A program made the position numbers and the translations under genes. 64,000 nucleotides of DNA. It comes from Paraspadella gotoi. Lineage: Eukaryota > Animalia > Chaetognatha. The DNA lies in the NCBI GenBank assembly GCA_051294375.1, contig CM119267.1:1394883-1458882 (forward strand). Reading direction: 5' to 3'. Shown one piece after another: positions 38,458 to 50,933 of the stretch (position 1 is the first letter of the stretch; the number at the start of each line of letters is the position of its first letter). The notes beneath the pieces were generated by a model. That model saw nothing but the letters and a program-made list of their open reading frames with translations, was not told where the DNA came from and made no database searches.

Positions 38458-41400
38458 TTTTATGCAATTAGCGACGATCCTTTATGCTTTTACAGACTTT
38501 TTAACACTTGCATTCATTTTTTCAAAACTTGCATAATTTATTTTTCAACTTGCATTCCGTCAATACTTTATATTCTTAGCTTCTTCACTCACTTTTCCTA
38601 CTGGCTCACAAAATTTCATCTCAATCTATCATGGTGGTTAAAAAATAAAAAAGATTCAAGTAAATGTGACTCATATTTTTTTCATTTTAAACTCAAATTT
38701 CCAACTGGTACGTTTCCACTGAAACTTTATATCAAGCTTCGTCATACGTTTTCCTACCCACACACAAAAATTTCAACTCATCTATCCATCCTAATTATGA
38801 TAAATAGGAGTATTTATTGGTTTAAAATAAGTAAAAAGATTTTAGTAAATTCGACTTATGTTTTTTCCATTTAAACTAATTTCCACTCACCACGATTCCA
38901 TCGAAATTATATCCAGCTTTATCACACACTTTCCTACCTACACACCAAAATTTAATTCCAATCCAACCAGCAATCACGAGTTATGGAGCTTTTTGCTAAG
39001 ATGGACGGATGGACGGATTGTGACTAATTAATTAATTATTGATTAATTTATTTACTAATTGATTATTAACTGATTAATTATTTGATTTATTAATACATCC
39101 TGCAGATACATTTAATATAAAAGGAAAAAGAAGCATAATCAATTAGTAAACAGAGTTTTTTGTTTTTTCCATTTTAAACTATTTTCCACTCAAACTATTC
39201 CATCGAAACTTGATTTCCTGTTTCAATCACAACTTTCCTACCCCACATACAAAATTCCAGTCAAATTCAAACCCATCCACTCATGCGCAATTGGTGTTCA
39301 AATAGTGAATATATTTTTTTTGTTTTTCATTAAACTCAGTTCCATCGGACGATTCCATCGAAAACTTCAATATATCCAGCTCAAGTCACACACTTACCTA
39401 TACACACACAAAATTTCAATTTAAATCCATCCAGCAATCACGAGTAATTGGTGTTTTTTGCTAAGGTTGGGACGGACGGACGCACGCGCGACGACGGACG
39501 GACGGACAGAACGGACGGCACGGACATATTTTTTTTTTGCATAATTTAATCATAATTCGATGTTCTGACTGATATAAGAGTGTGCCCGACAATATTGAGG
39601 GGCGGCTACCGACGGACCGAAAAAAGTGAGTTATAAAAAGGTGAGTTAATAGAGTCGGGATCTGCTGATAAGCAGATCCGACTAAAAAAGCAGGGAAAAA
39701 TTGGAGAAGGAGAGAGGGGTAAAAAATATGGTGAGAAGGAGAGAGGAGAATAGAGAGAACAGAAAAAAAATTAGTTTTTAAATTTAAAGATTTCATACCA
39801 AAAAATGAAAAAAATCACATTTAAAAATTAACCGAATTTAACCGTTAAAATGAATATATTAACGGTTAAGTTAAAATTATTTTTAACCGTTAATAACCGT
39901 TAACAGTTAACGGTTATCGGAACACTATACACATGTAGTCGGGCATTCATAAGTTTACCCCGCCTATAAGCAAGACGCCTTCAGTCGTGACCCGGTGGCT
40001 CATTGAGTAGAGCCATCTGCTCATGACCATAGGTACCGGGTTCAATCCCTCAAGCCCGGTTTCAAGCCCAGACTCGTTCCATGGCTGCTAGAAGGGATTA
40101 AAAAAGTTGCGGATAGAACTCTTCAGTAGAGTGGAGCTCTCAAGAACAAAAAATTTATTGATGATCGAACAATGATATTTTAGATGTAAGATATATGATT
40201 AATTAGTATAAAAATATTTTGTTCAGATTATCTTGGGAACAGAATAGTAAAATATAATATATTTGTAGTAATATCCTTATAAAATAGTAAATATTAAAAA
40301 TAATTTTTATAAAACTTTTATAAATGATTCAGATTCTTCATAAAAAGTTGAATCAAAAATATAAAACATGTATATCAAAATTCTGTCATCTTCAATGTTT
40401 AAAATAGAAAAAAAGGTGAAAAATTCCTGACTTTTTTATTCTCTGAAGTAGAAACTTATATATATTAAAACGTTTTAGTCATTTTTTTTGTGATCTAAAC
40501 ATTAAAATATCATATAACATATTTTTATAAAAGTTTCTTATTTTTTACAGCAAATCCAAATCCGTTCTTAAAAATATAAAAAAATTATTTTGAAATTTGA
40601 CAATTTATAAGGATATACTACATAAATAATTGAATTTGCTATACTGTTATGCTAAAATTTTTTTTAAAAGGATTTAAAATTCATTAATTATACGTCCATA
40701 GGCAGCAAAAAAATAATGTTCAATCACTCAATCTTTTCATCACTCCACCCTACTCTTTCAGTAAGGCGTAGTGAAAGTTACGTACGAAAATTCTAAAGGT
40801 CAATTATGAACAACTACCATCAGTGAACATTAATTTGTAAAAAAAATTAATTTTATGTTTTTTAATTTTTGCAGTAGGCTATATTTATATATAGTACTAT
40901 CCTTATAAAATCGAAAAAATTTCAAAATAGGCTTTTCTTAATTTTGATTGCAGATTTGAATTCCTCGTCAAAAGTTGATAAAAAGGAAATATATAATATA
41001 TTTTTTAAAAATTCTTTCATTAAGTGGGTTAAAAATTACAAAAAATCATATTTAATATATAAAAAATTAATTTTCAGCTTAAATATAGCTTTTTTCTAAT
41101 TTTGACCCACTTAATGAAGGAATTTTTTAAAAAGATTTATATCTTTTTTATTCAACTTTTTATGACGAATCCAAATCTGCCAAAAAAATCTTAGAAAAAA
41201 CTGTTTTAAATATTTAACATTTATTGGATTAGTACTAGTATAAATATGGCCTACTGCGTAAATTGTAAATTTATTATAAATTTTTTTTATACATAAATGT
41301 TCATTAGTATAATGTTGTTCGTTCCTCACTTTTAGAATTTTAATTAAAATTTAAATTTAAGAAATTTTACCTACGCCTTACTCTTCAGCCCTACTTAGCG

Positions 41401-42539
41401 CCTTATCCACAGACATTATACCTTAATTTCAATTTCGTAGTAAATTTTAAGATAATCAGACAAACAAAAACAGTTGATCTGTTTATCTCTAATTTAAACT
41501 TAAAAAAAAAATATTTTCTGTAGAATTGAAAAAGTAGATTCACCGCCTCACTTTCACTTTATTCACCCAAAGAGTAAATCTTCGAATTCCGCATTCTTCT
41601 CAGTTTGAGTCTCCATTTCTCGAATGTCGCTCAAGTTCCTTTCAACTTTTCTTGCTATGAAAATCTCGCTCAGTGACGGACTGTGAGAGTGAAATGCAAT
41701 CAATTAACGCAATGATTTTTTTCACAAATCTCGAGTTTCAATATTTTCTTACTTTTCGTGACTTTTAGTGAATTTCCCACTCGTGAAATGATTGTCGCTG
41801 CTTTCGTTCTTCAACCACGATTCTCTGCTTTTCTCTCCCTCACTTTTCACTTCTTTACTTATCTTCTCTTCGCTTTCACTTTTCTTCTCTTCTTCTCTTT
41901 TCTTCTCTTCTTCTCTTTTCTTTTCTTCTTCTCTTTTCTTTTCTTCTTCACTTTTCTTCTCTTCTACTCTTTTCCTCTCTTCTTCTCTTTTCTTCTCTTC
42001 TTCTCTTTTCCTCTCTTCTTCTCTTCTCTTTTCTTCTCTTTTCTTTTCTTCTTCTTCTCTTTTCCTTTCCTCTCCTCTTTTCTTCTCTTCTTCTCTTCTC
42101 TTCTCTTCTTCTCTTTTCTCCTCTTCTTCTCTTCTCTTCTCCTCTTCTTCCAGACTCACTCTTTCATTGTTTATCTCATTAGTATTTTTGATTTTTCCTT
42201 CTCTCTCACTTTCTTTCTCTCCTTCCATTTTTTTCTCTTTTCTCTCTTCCCATTTCTCATCCCTTCTTTCTCGACTCTCATTATCATCAATGCCTCTCTG
42301 TCTCTCTCTCTTCTTCTCACTCTCCAACTCTTTCCTGTCATTCCTTATCCTCTCTCCCTCTCCCTCTTTACTCCCTCTCTCCCTCTCTTCACTCCTTCTC
42401 CTCTCTCCCTCTCCCTCTTTCCTCCCTCTCTCCCTCTCCCCTCTCCTCTCTTCGCTCGATAATTTTTGTATCAAAAATGTCGTTTCTTTCAAAACTCGAG
42501 ATTTGTTTTTGTCGCCGGCGAAGTCGTCATGTAGGACCT

Positions 42540-42599
<60 letters not shown>

Positions 42600-45309
42600 C
42601 AAATTTACCAACCAATCAAACAACTAACCAACCATCTAACCAATCAAACAACTAAACAATCAACCAACTAACAATTAACTAAAGAAAGAAACAATCAGGA
42701 AACATACCATCAAAACAACCCAAACCGACAGACTAACCGAAGCACCGCCTAACCAAAAATCCAAACCATTCATCCCAATGCAACCAGTCAGCGACCAAAT
42801 AGACCGACCGACCAGTCAGCCGACCAAATAGACGACCGACCAGTCACGGACCAAATAGACGACCGACCATCAGCGACCAAATAAACCACCGACCAGTCAG
42901 CGACCAAATAGACCGACCGACCAGTCAGCGACCAAATAAAGACGACCAGCGACCATAGCGCGCAGTCAGCGACCAAATAGACCGACCGACCAGTCACGAC
43001 CAAATAGACCGACCGACCAGTCAGCGACCAAATAAGACCGACCGACCAGTCAGCGACCAAAATAGACCGACCGACCAGTCAGCAGGACCAAATAACCGAC
43101 CGACCAGTCGGTGACCAAATAGACCGACCCGACCAGTCAGCGACCAAATAGACCGACCGACCAGTCAGAGACCAAATAGACCGACCGACCAGTCTGCCAA
43201 ATAGACGACCGACCGAAGTCAGCGACCAAATAGACCGACCGACCAGTCAGCGACCAAATAGACCGACCGACAGTCGAGACCAAATAGACCGACCGACCAG
43301 TCAGCGACCAAATAGACCGACGACCAGTCAGCGACCAAATAGAACCGAACAGTCAGCGACCAAATAGACGCGACAGTCGGACCAAATAGACCGACCGACC
43401 AGTCAGCGACCAAATAGACCGACCGACCAGTCAGCGACCAAATAAAAACCGACCGACCAGTCAGCGACCATAGACCAGTACAGTAGCGGACCGATAGATC
43501 GACGACCAGTACCAAATAGACGACGACCAGTCAGCGACCAAATAAACCGACCGACCAGTCAGCGACCAAATACCGACCAGACCAGACTCCAGCGATGCCA
43601 AAATAGACACGCACGCGACCAAGACCGACGACAACAAACAGACGACCGACCAGTCGGTGAAAATAGCCGACCGACCAGTCAGCGACCAAATAGACCGACC
43701 GACCAGTCAGCGACCAAATAAGACCGCGACCAGAGACCAGTCAGGACCAAATAGACCGACCGACCAGTCAGCGACCAAATAGACCGACCGACCAGTCAGC
43801 GACCAAATAGACCGACCGACCAGTCCGCGACCAAATAGACCGACCGACCAGTCAGCGACCAAATAGACCGACCGACCAGTCAGCGACCAAATAGACCGAC
43901 GAGACCAGTCAGCGACCAAATAGACCGACCGACCAGTCAGAGACCAAATAGACCGACCGCCAGTCGCGACCAAATAGACCGACCGACCAGTCAGACGACC
44001 AAATAGACCGACCGAACAGTCAGCGACCAAATAGACCTCAGCGACAGTCAGCGACCTAAAATAGACCGACCGACCAGTCGGTGACCAAATAGACCGACCG
44101 ACCAGTCAGCGACCAAATAGACCGACGACCAGTCAGAGACCAAATAGACCGCCGACCAGTCAGGGACCAAATAGACCGACCGACCAGCGGACAAATAGAC
44201 CGACCGACCAGTCAGTGACCAAATAGACGACCGACCAGTCGGTGACCAAATAGACCGACCGACCAGTCGGCATGACCATATAGACCGACCGACCAGTCAG
44301 ATGACCAAATTAGACCGACCGACCAGTCAGCGACCAATAGACCGACCGACCAGTCGCGACCAAATAGACCGACCGACCAGTCAGGACCAAAATAGACCGA
44401 CCGACAGTCAGCGACCAAATAGACGAGACAGTCGGCGACCAAATAGACCCCGACCGACCAAGTCGCGACCAAATAGACCGACCGACCAGTCAGCGACCAA
44501 ATAGACCGGACCGACCAGTCAGCGACCAAATAGACCGACGACCAGTCAGCGACCAAATAGACCCACCGACCAGTCGGTGACCAAATAGACCGAACCGAAC
44601 CGATCGAAGCAGACCAAATAGACCGACCGACCAGTCAGGGACCAAATAGACCGACCGACCAGTCGGTGACAAATAGACCGACCGACCAGTCAGGGACCAA
44701 ATAGACGACCGACCAGTCGGTGACCAAATAGACCGACCGACCAGTCAGGCGACCAAATAGACCGACCGACCAGTCAGGCGACCAAATAGACCGACGACCA
44801 GTCAGACAGCAGCGACAAATAGACCGACCGACCAGTCGGTGACCAAATAGACCCGACCGACCAGTCAGGTGACCAAATAGACCGACGCACCAGTCGGTCG
44901 ACCAAATAGACCGACCGACCATCCACATCCCGGAACTCGACGACGACGAAGACCCGAAGTCTGAATCTTTTGCTTCGGAGACTGAAGGGGCGTGGGCCGC
45001 AGCCGGTGGCCGCTCCGGTGCGGCGACGCAGCAGAAGGCTGCGTGGGCCGCAGCCGATGGCTTCGCCGTTCCGGCGCCGCAGCTGGAGGCTGCGTGGGAC
45101 GCGGCGGGCGGTTTCTCCGGCCCGCCCCAGCAGCAGGAGCGCGCGGCTGTAGCTGGAGGCTTTTCCGGTGCGTCCCAGCAAGAAGCGTTGGTGTTGAAAC
45201 TGGAGAGATAAAAATTGGGAGATTTGGTAAACAATAACAAATAGAAACATCAACAATAAACAATAAAAACAACAACAACAACAACAACTCACCGCACAAG
45301 GCGATTCAT
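32505..45309 (-). CDS. Large (~1030 aa) protein: Cys/Pro repeats, E/K/R helix, acidic disordered region, C-terminal REEP5/DP1/HVA22 (TB2_DP1_HVA22) membrane domain
   Basis: Exons 45309-45293, 45199-44920, 42537-41753, 41680-41567, 35815-35558, 35448-34605, 34062-33674, 33383-33167, 32696-32505. MLEKETMVPREVITLALIAALGGVV resembles REEP5 [60 protein letters not shown] matches the DP1 core. Two 1-nt corrections are needed (35558/35448 junction; ~33745-33752). Confidence 0.72.
34200..34420 (+). repeat. Dispersed repeat family B copy
   Basis: tatgaaattggtacaaccaat...gcaagctttcaatcaagactctctc...tacctggcttccctatc; near-identical to 63480-63675. Confidence 0.8.
36050..36190 (+). mobile_element. Penelope-like element pLTR remnant with degenerate minimal hammerhead ribozyme
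   Basis: ctgataa-a-gact...agtc-gaa-acatgt-c at 36061-36095 (stem II gact/agtc, palindromic stem III), followed by aataaa and acacaacg. Confidence 0.55.
36859..39686 (-). mobile_element. DINE-1/HINE-like element, copy 3 (nested in the hAT-like element)
   Basis: acaagtttgagcaaacaatgtcggatctgcc at 36861; gagtcgggatctgctgataagcagatccgact at 39652-39683; GACG microsatellite; internal ~230-bp block repeated several times. Confidence 0.75.
39934..40050 (+). mobile_element. tRNA-headed SINE-like repeat, copy 2
   Basis: tgtagtcgggcatt leader, gacccggtggctcattgagtagagc (A box), gggttcaatccc (B box). Confidence 0.7.
40761..41382. mobile_element. AT-rich MITE-like segment
   Basis: Terminal inverted repeat agtaaggcgtag / ctacgccttact; no clear TSD. 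Confidence 0.45.
42785..44919. repeat. 28-bp minisatellite, ~2.1 kb, filling most of an intron
   Basis: Unit gtcagcgaccaaatagaccgaccgacca, about 75 copies by length; abuts the exon donor at 44920/44919. Confidence 0.95.
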
Positions 45310-45874
45310 CGTCGAAAACTCGCGCGAAAAAATAAAAGATAAACAAAAAACAAAAATATTTAAAAAAAAAAGAAAAATAAAGATCGAGAAGTAAATATAA
45401 AATTATGTTTGAAGACAAAAAAATTTATTCGCTACAAAATAAGTTTAGATCCAAATTTTATTAAATGAAAAGATAAATTGAAATCGGGGAAACGCAGAGT
45501 AAACATGTGCAAGGAATGTGATTGATTGATTGATTGGATGATTGATTGAATGATTGCTTGATTGCTTGATCGATAGATTTATTGATTGATTGATTGTTTT
45601 ATTCTCAACGTCGTTCATTGTCGTTGCGTCGTTTTCTCCGTCTCCAGAGTTCCCGGTCGGAAATGGTATTTCTAGGAAATAGTTCCGGGCGAATGAGACT
45701 TCATTAGACAAGAAGTGGAAACAGAGAAGGAAAAAAAAAAGGAATTGAAGAAAAAAGTAAAATTGGAAATGAAGTAAAATGAAGAGACACAGAAAGAAAA
45801 AAAAATCAAGTGAGGAAAATGGGTTAAAATCAAGAAAAAAGTATAGAAACATAATTCAATCTACGTTTTCGAAA

Positions 45875-45946
<72 letters not shown>

Positions 45947-46231
45947 GTATGCAAATTAAAACAAACAAATCGTTGTGAAAATCAATCTTTTGTCTTGTTT
46001 AAATTTACACCAACGAAATGAAAGGAAAATAACAAACGGAAAACAATATGTTACTTACAACCAACAGGTTTCTTTGGAAAATAAACCTCGTTGTTCGGAA
46101 ACAATGAAAGGTTTTCCACACTAGAAATATATTGCCAAAAAAAAGAGAAAATGAATCGTATTATTTTGAACAATAAACAATTTTAAGCATATTTTTAGGT
46201 CGTTTAAGTAAAAACCAATTTAAATTTAAAT

Positions 46232-47259
46232 TTAATGTATTTTTTCTTCCTCGTCTTCTCCGATAAATCTTCTCCACTTCTCTTCCTCCTCCTCCTTCCT
46301 CCTCTCCCCCGCCACCTTCCACGCCACCAACGCGGCCACGCCCACAAAGACGACGCTAGCGCCGCCAGCCTCCAGCGGCGACAACGCCTCCCGGAAGAAG
46401 GCGGCGGCGAAGGCGGCGGAGAGCGGAATGTAGAGGGCGTCTACGACGTTGCCGACGACGCCCGAATTTCCGGCGCCGGACGATTCCAGTTCTCGGCAAC
46501 CGAAGATGATGGCGGCGCGCATGACGGTCGTGATGGCGCCGATGAAGACGCCGACGAAGGGAGGGAGCCAGGGGGTAGCGGTGGGTAAAAGTGGCGCTAT
46601 TAGGGAAAGGGGTCGAGGTGGTAATTCCGTTTATCAAGCTAGAATATTACAGTGGAATACTCGCAAAACTAATATTATCAAACCTTATTAAAAGGGTAAC
46701 ATAAATAATGAAAGAAAGTTTCTAATAAAACTAATAAAAAGGAATATGAGAAATAATCTAAACTACTGCAATATGCAAATGAGACTGAGAAACTAGCGAA
46801 CGTCCAGCGCCAGCGAATTTGCCGAAACATGATGCTACTAGATGAGTAGCCGTAATTTTTTTAACCATATCTTGCAGACATAGATCTCATTAAAACTGGG
46901 TCCACGTTTGGAACCAGGCTAGGCGGTCCCAATACAATCACGGTTCCCATAGGGAAGAACCCGAGACCGTGTAGTCAGATCCTAAATTGGCCAACGATTG
47001 ACCAATAAAACTCCCCCAAAACATCTCTCTTCTTTACCGACATCCCAAGCTCCCTCGGCCGACAAGTAGACGACAGCGACGACGACGCTGATCAGAGTTC
47101 GAAGGAAGATGTAGGTCGACCAATGAACGTCGGTAAAGAAGCCGACAACGAATGGGAAGAGGGCGTTGAAGAGACCGGCGAAGGAGGCCGCCAAGTAGGC
47201 CGACGCTGGGGTTGATGCTGCTGGGGCTGGAGAGAGGGAGAGGAAAGGGAAGCGGCTTT

Positions 47260-47292
<33 letters not shown>

Positions 47293-48560
47293 TACCCTCC
47301 AAAGACCCAAAGAGAAATGTCGGGTGCGTAACGAGTAGGAGACCGACAGCAGCCAGGAGGACACCCACAAAATCAACCACGGAGACGCAACGTCGGTAAA
47401 TCGCAGCCGACACTAACTGCAAAAGAAGAGAGAGACAGAGAGAGAGATAAAAATTAATAAATACACGGATTTCAAATGGGAGTGAAATGAAAAGAATTGT
47501 TATAACTCTTAACTGACTGAATGTGATTAATATTTGTTAATTTCATTCGTTAGAAAATTCCCAGATGTCTATGTTCCTATAAAACAAATTAATAATACTT
47601 CCCATCATAGCAACTGGTACGCTTGCCTTCCAGCAGCTCTTTTTAAACATAAACACATATTCAAATAAAAAAATTGGCTTTTTTGAAATTCGACCATGCC
47701 ATTGATGAGCTTATAACTAAGAAAGTAAGCGAGCTGGCCTACTGAGAGTTGAAAAATAAAAAACGTCAGCGATTTTTCTACCAGAGTGCAAAATCTGAAG
47801 TTGCCATAACAAATAATCTAGCCACAGTATTTGATCCTTTCATTTCACTCCCATTTGAAATCCGTGTATAACTGAGATGTTGCCGTTACCGTTCACCTCA
47901 GCCCAAACCTACCACCTTTGCCACTCTTTCAGCCGTTCATTTGCCACTCACTGGCGTCAGCAAAATTCCTGCGACGTTGAAGGCGGCAAAATCTGCCAGT
48001 TTCATCCAGAGGCTGCAATGGACGAAGCAGAGGTAGTTGGTGGCGCCACCGACGCCGAGGGCCAAGAAGCTCGTCCATTCCACGACCGTCTTTAGGGGAT
48101 GCGAAGCTTTTATAAAAAATATATTTAAAATTTAAAAAATTAATATTAAAAATAAATAAAATATAAAAAATATTTTTTTTAATGGGATTGTCCATTCAAT
48201 TGATATATAATATTAATAATTTTATTAAGTGCTCTTGCATAAATATTAAAATACATTTTATTCATTAAAAAATTAAAAAATTTAAAAAAAAATTATAGAA
48301 ACTTTTTAAATTTGTATAAAAATACTATTTAATTCTAAATTTTTTTATCATTCGTTTCCCTTAAGATTCCAATTTCTCAACGCATTTGGCATGAAAGGCG
48401 CAAATGATGCAGCCTCTCCCACGAGTATGAGAGCGTAAGTCTGTGACGGACGAAGGGAAGCCATCGATCGAGCGAGCGACGTCAAAATGGAATCGACCGC
48501 GACGCCACAAAAGTAGAGGGCCACACCCCACAGGAAATGGAGGGCGCGCGGGGACGGCAT
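46232..48560 (-). CDS. SLC35G/EamA (drug-metabolite transporter superfamily) membrane protein, ~337 aa
   Basis: Exons 48560-~48360, 48089-47952, 47416-47296, 47226-47038, 46596-46232. Multiple hydrophobic helices; MKLADFAAF..ILLTP, GLLLVTHPTFLFG and AAFFREALSPLEAGGASVV are EamA/SLC35G-like. The exon 1 donor is uncertain. Confidence 0.82.
47464..47866. mobile_element. MITE with perfect ~29-bp TIRs flanked by TA
   Basis: cacggatttcaaatgggagtgaaatgaaa and its exact reverse complement at 47838-47866; TA at 47462-47463 and 47867-47868. Confidence 0.9.
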
Positions 48561-49238
48561 GACTTGGGGATGGAGGTGTTAGACGAGATGAAGAGATGTG
48601 GAAATACTAATTTCTAAGACGAAAAAAAAATAATAAGTAACGAAATCGAAATTAAAACACAATTTATGGTTTTATTAAAATGTTTTTAATACATCAAGTT
48701 TTAGATTTTGTGGACGGATTTCAATTTTGTTAGCGTCGTTAAAAACCATAAGGTTAATTAAAACTGGAAAAAAACCACAAATATATTTCGGAAAAATTAT
48801 CAAAATTTATTCTCGCAAAAAATTTTCATGAGAAAAACGCAGCTTTTTATCCAGAAAAAAATTGTTGATTTTATTTCATCAATTATTTCTAAGTTGATCG
48901 ATCATTAAATTTTGAATTTGAGAAATAATCAATAAACTTTATTCTGATATTGTTATTTTCTAATTAAAAAAAAAATTTAAGAAAAATAATCACTAATAAT
49001 GAAATAAAAATATGATTTTTTTTGTTGCCTTTGAATTTTCTCCATTTACCTTTTATACAATTTGGTGTTTATCCCCTATTCGCCGATTAATCCAATTATC
49101 AAACTGACAATTTTGCTGATTCGATTCCAATTGACTTTCGGGCAGAATAGATAATCAAAATCTTTATTTATATTTAGGAAATAAACCAATTTTAAGAAAA
49201 AATGAGGTTTTGGAAAGTTACGGCGACGTATGAATTTT

Positions 49239-50453
49239 TAGTCGGATCTGCTTATCAGCAGATCCCGACTCTATTATCCACGTTGTCGGTCTGTCGGTCC
49301 GCTCCCTCAATCGGGCATTCACTAATTTCATGTCAAAACATCGAATTATGATAAATTTAAGCTAACAAAAAAAAACTTATCAGAGAGAAGAAAAAAAAAG
49401 AAATTTCAATCAATTTAAATGAAGTTGGATAAAAGAAATAAGGAAACATTGAAATTTAAAAAAAAAAGAAACAAAAAAAAAGAAAAAAAATGTCTGATAA
49501 AAAAAGTAGAATATTGAAAATATAAAAACTAGCTTAGGACAAACAATGTCGGAGCAGCTTGCCAAATGGGATGTCCGATGAATATGACAAGAAAATTTAT
49601 AAATACTATCTAGGAAAAAAGTTAGAAACATTTTTTATTGAGGATATCTACTCGAAAACTTGCTCGATTTTTAAAANNNNNNNNNNNNNNNNNNNNNNNN
49701 NNNNNNNNNNNNNNNNNNNNNNNNNNNNNNNNNNNNNNNNNNNNNNNNNNNNNNNNNNNNNNNNNNNNNNNNNNNNNNNNNNNNNNNNNNNNNNNNNNNN
49801 NNNNNNNNNNNNNNNNNNNNNNNNNNNNNNNNNNNNNNNNNNNNNNNNNNNNNNNNNNNNNNNNNNNNNNNNNNNNNNNNNNNNNNNNNNNNNNNNNNNN
49901 NNNNNNNNNNNNNNNNNNNNNNNNNNNNNNNNNNNNNNNNNNNNNNNNNNNNNNNNNNTTGAACCCGGTACCTAGAGGTCATGAGCTGATGGCTTTACAC
50001 AGGCCACCGGGTCACAACTGAAAGAGTCAAGCTTATAGGCGGGGTGAACCTAGGCAATGCCCGACTACAAATCAATCAAACAATAAGAGATATATAGAGA
50101 GAAACTTTTAAAAATTAAAATAGATGTATCTTTTGTTTTTTTAATTTAAACTCTTTTCCACTCCTACGATTTCATCACAAATTTATATCCAGCTTAATCA
50201 CATACTTTCCTACCCATTTTATCTTTCCAATTTTTTATAAGTATAACAATTATGAGTAAATTTAAGTAAAAAAACTTAAAGTAAATGTGACTTTTGTTTT
50301 TTCCATATAAACTCATTTCCACTCTCATGATTCTATCGAAACTTTACATCCAGGTCAATTATACACTTTCCTACCCACACACAAGATTTTATTTCAATCC
50401 AACCATCCAATCACGAGTAATTAAAGATTATTAATAAGGTGGGACGCACCTTC

Positions 50454-50488
<35 letters not shown>

Positions 50489-50620
50489 GACGGACGGCGA
50501 AAATCTTTTTTTGCATAATTTATCATAATTCGAGGTTCTGATATGTTAAAAATGATTTACCGACAAGATTTTTGGGTGGGACCGAAGGACCGACAAAGTG
50601 AATTATAGCAGATCCGACTA
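49239..50620. mobile_element. Two DINE-1/HINE-like pieces: 5' fragment on + (49239-49375) and a - strand copy (~49527-50620) containing a SINE copy and a gap
   Basis: agtcggatctgcttatcagcagatcccgact at 49240; caaacaatgtcgga at ~49540; (gaca)n at 50455; gcagatccgact at ~50608. Confidence 0.7.
49959..50069 (-). mobile_element. tRNA-headed SINE-like repeat, copy 3 (truncated by gap)
   Basis: Reverse complement of tgtagtcgggcattgcctagg...taggtaccgggttcaa. Confidence 0.7.
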
Positions 50621-50869
50621 AAAATAAAAAGGAAGGAAATAGAAAAAAAAAACCAGAGAGAATTAGGTAAAAAGATCCCCTTTGAATTCCACGGTACTAA
50701 TGGCACTTAAGCGGCGACGATCATGACATCTGTCGTAACCGAACTCAAAACAAAATAGAAACTGCTCTTCTGTTTTTTTTTCGCTTCTCGTAGATGACAG
50801 ATGGCAGTTTTGTATCTCCACTAGGCGGAAGGACAGATACCGAAATAAATAGGGGGATGTTGTGTGTGT

Positions 50870-50908
<39 letters not shown>

Positions 50909-50933
50909 AGAAAGAGAGAGAGAGAGAGATGGA

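Larger units (their letters stand above)
35876..39927. mobile_element. Non-autonomous hAT-like element, 4052 bp, with nested repeats
   Basis: 21-bp TIRs tag(g/t)gttccgataaccgttaa (1 mismatch), perfect 8-bp TSD tacacatg at 35868-35875 and 39928-39935, subterminal aaccgttaa repeats. Confidence 0.9.

Noticed and set aside
42785-44919. 28-bp array (and the 32-bp array at 3114) as a CRISPR array
   Set aside because: Units are head-to-tail with no unique spacers, there are no cas genes, and the context is a eukaryotic intron
46895-46985. GC-balanced intronic stretch with a hairpin and a VLGP-like (LINE RT) translation
   Set aside because: Too short and interrupted to support either an RT fragment or an ncRNA
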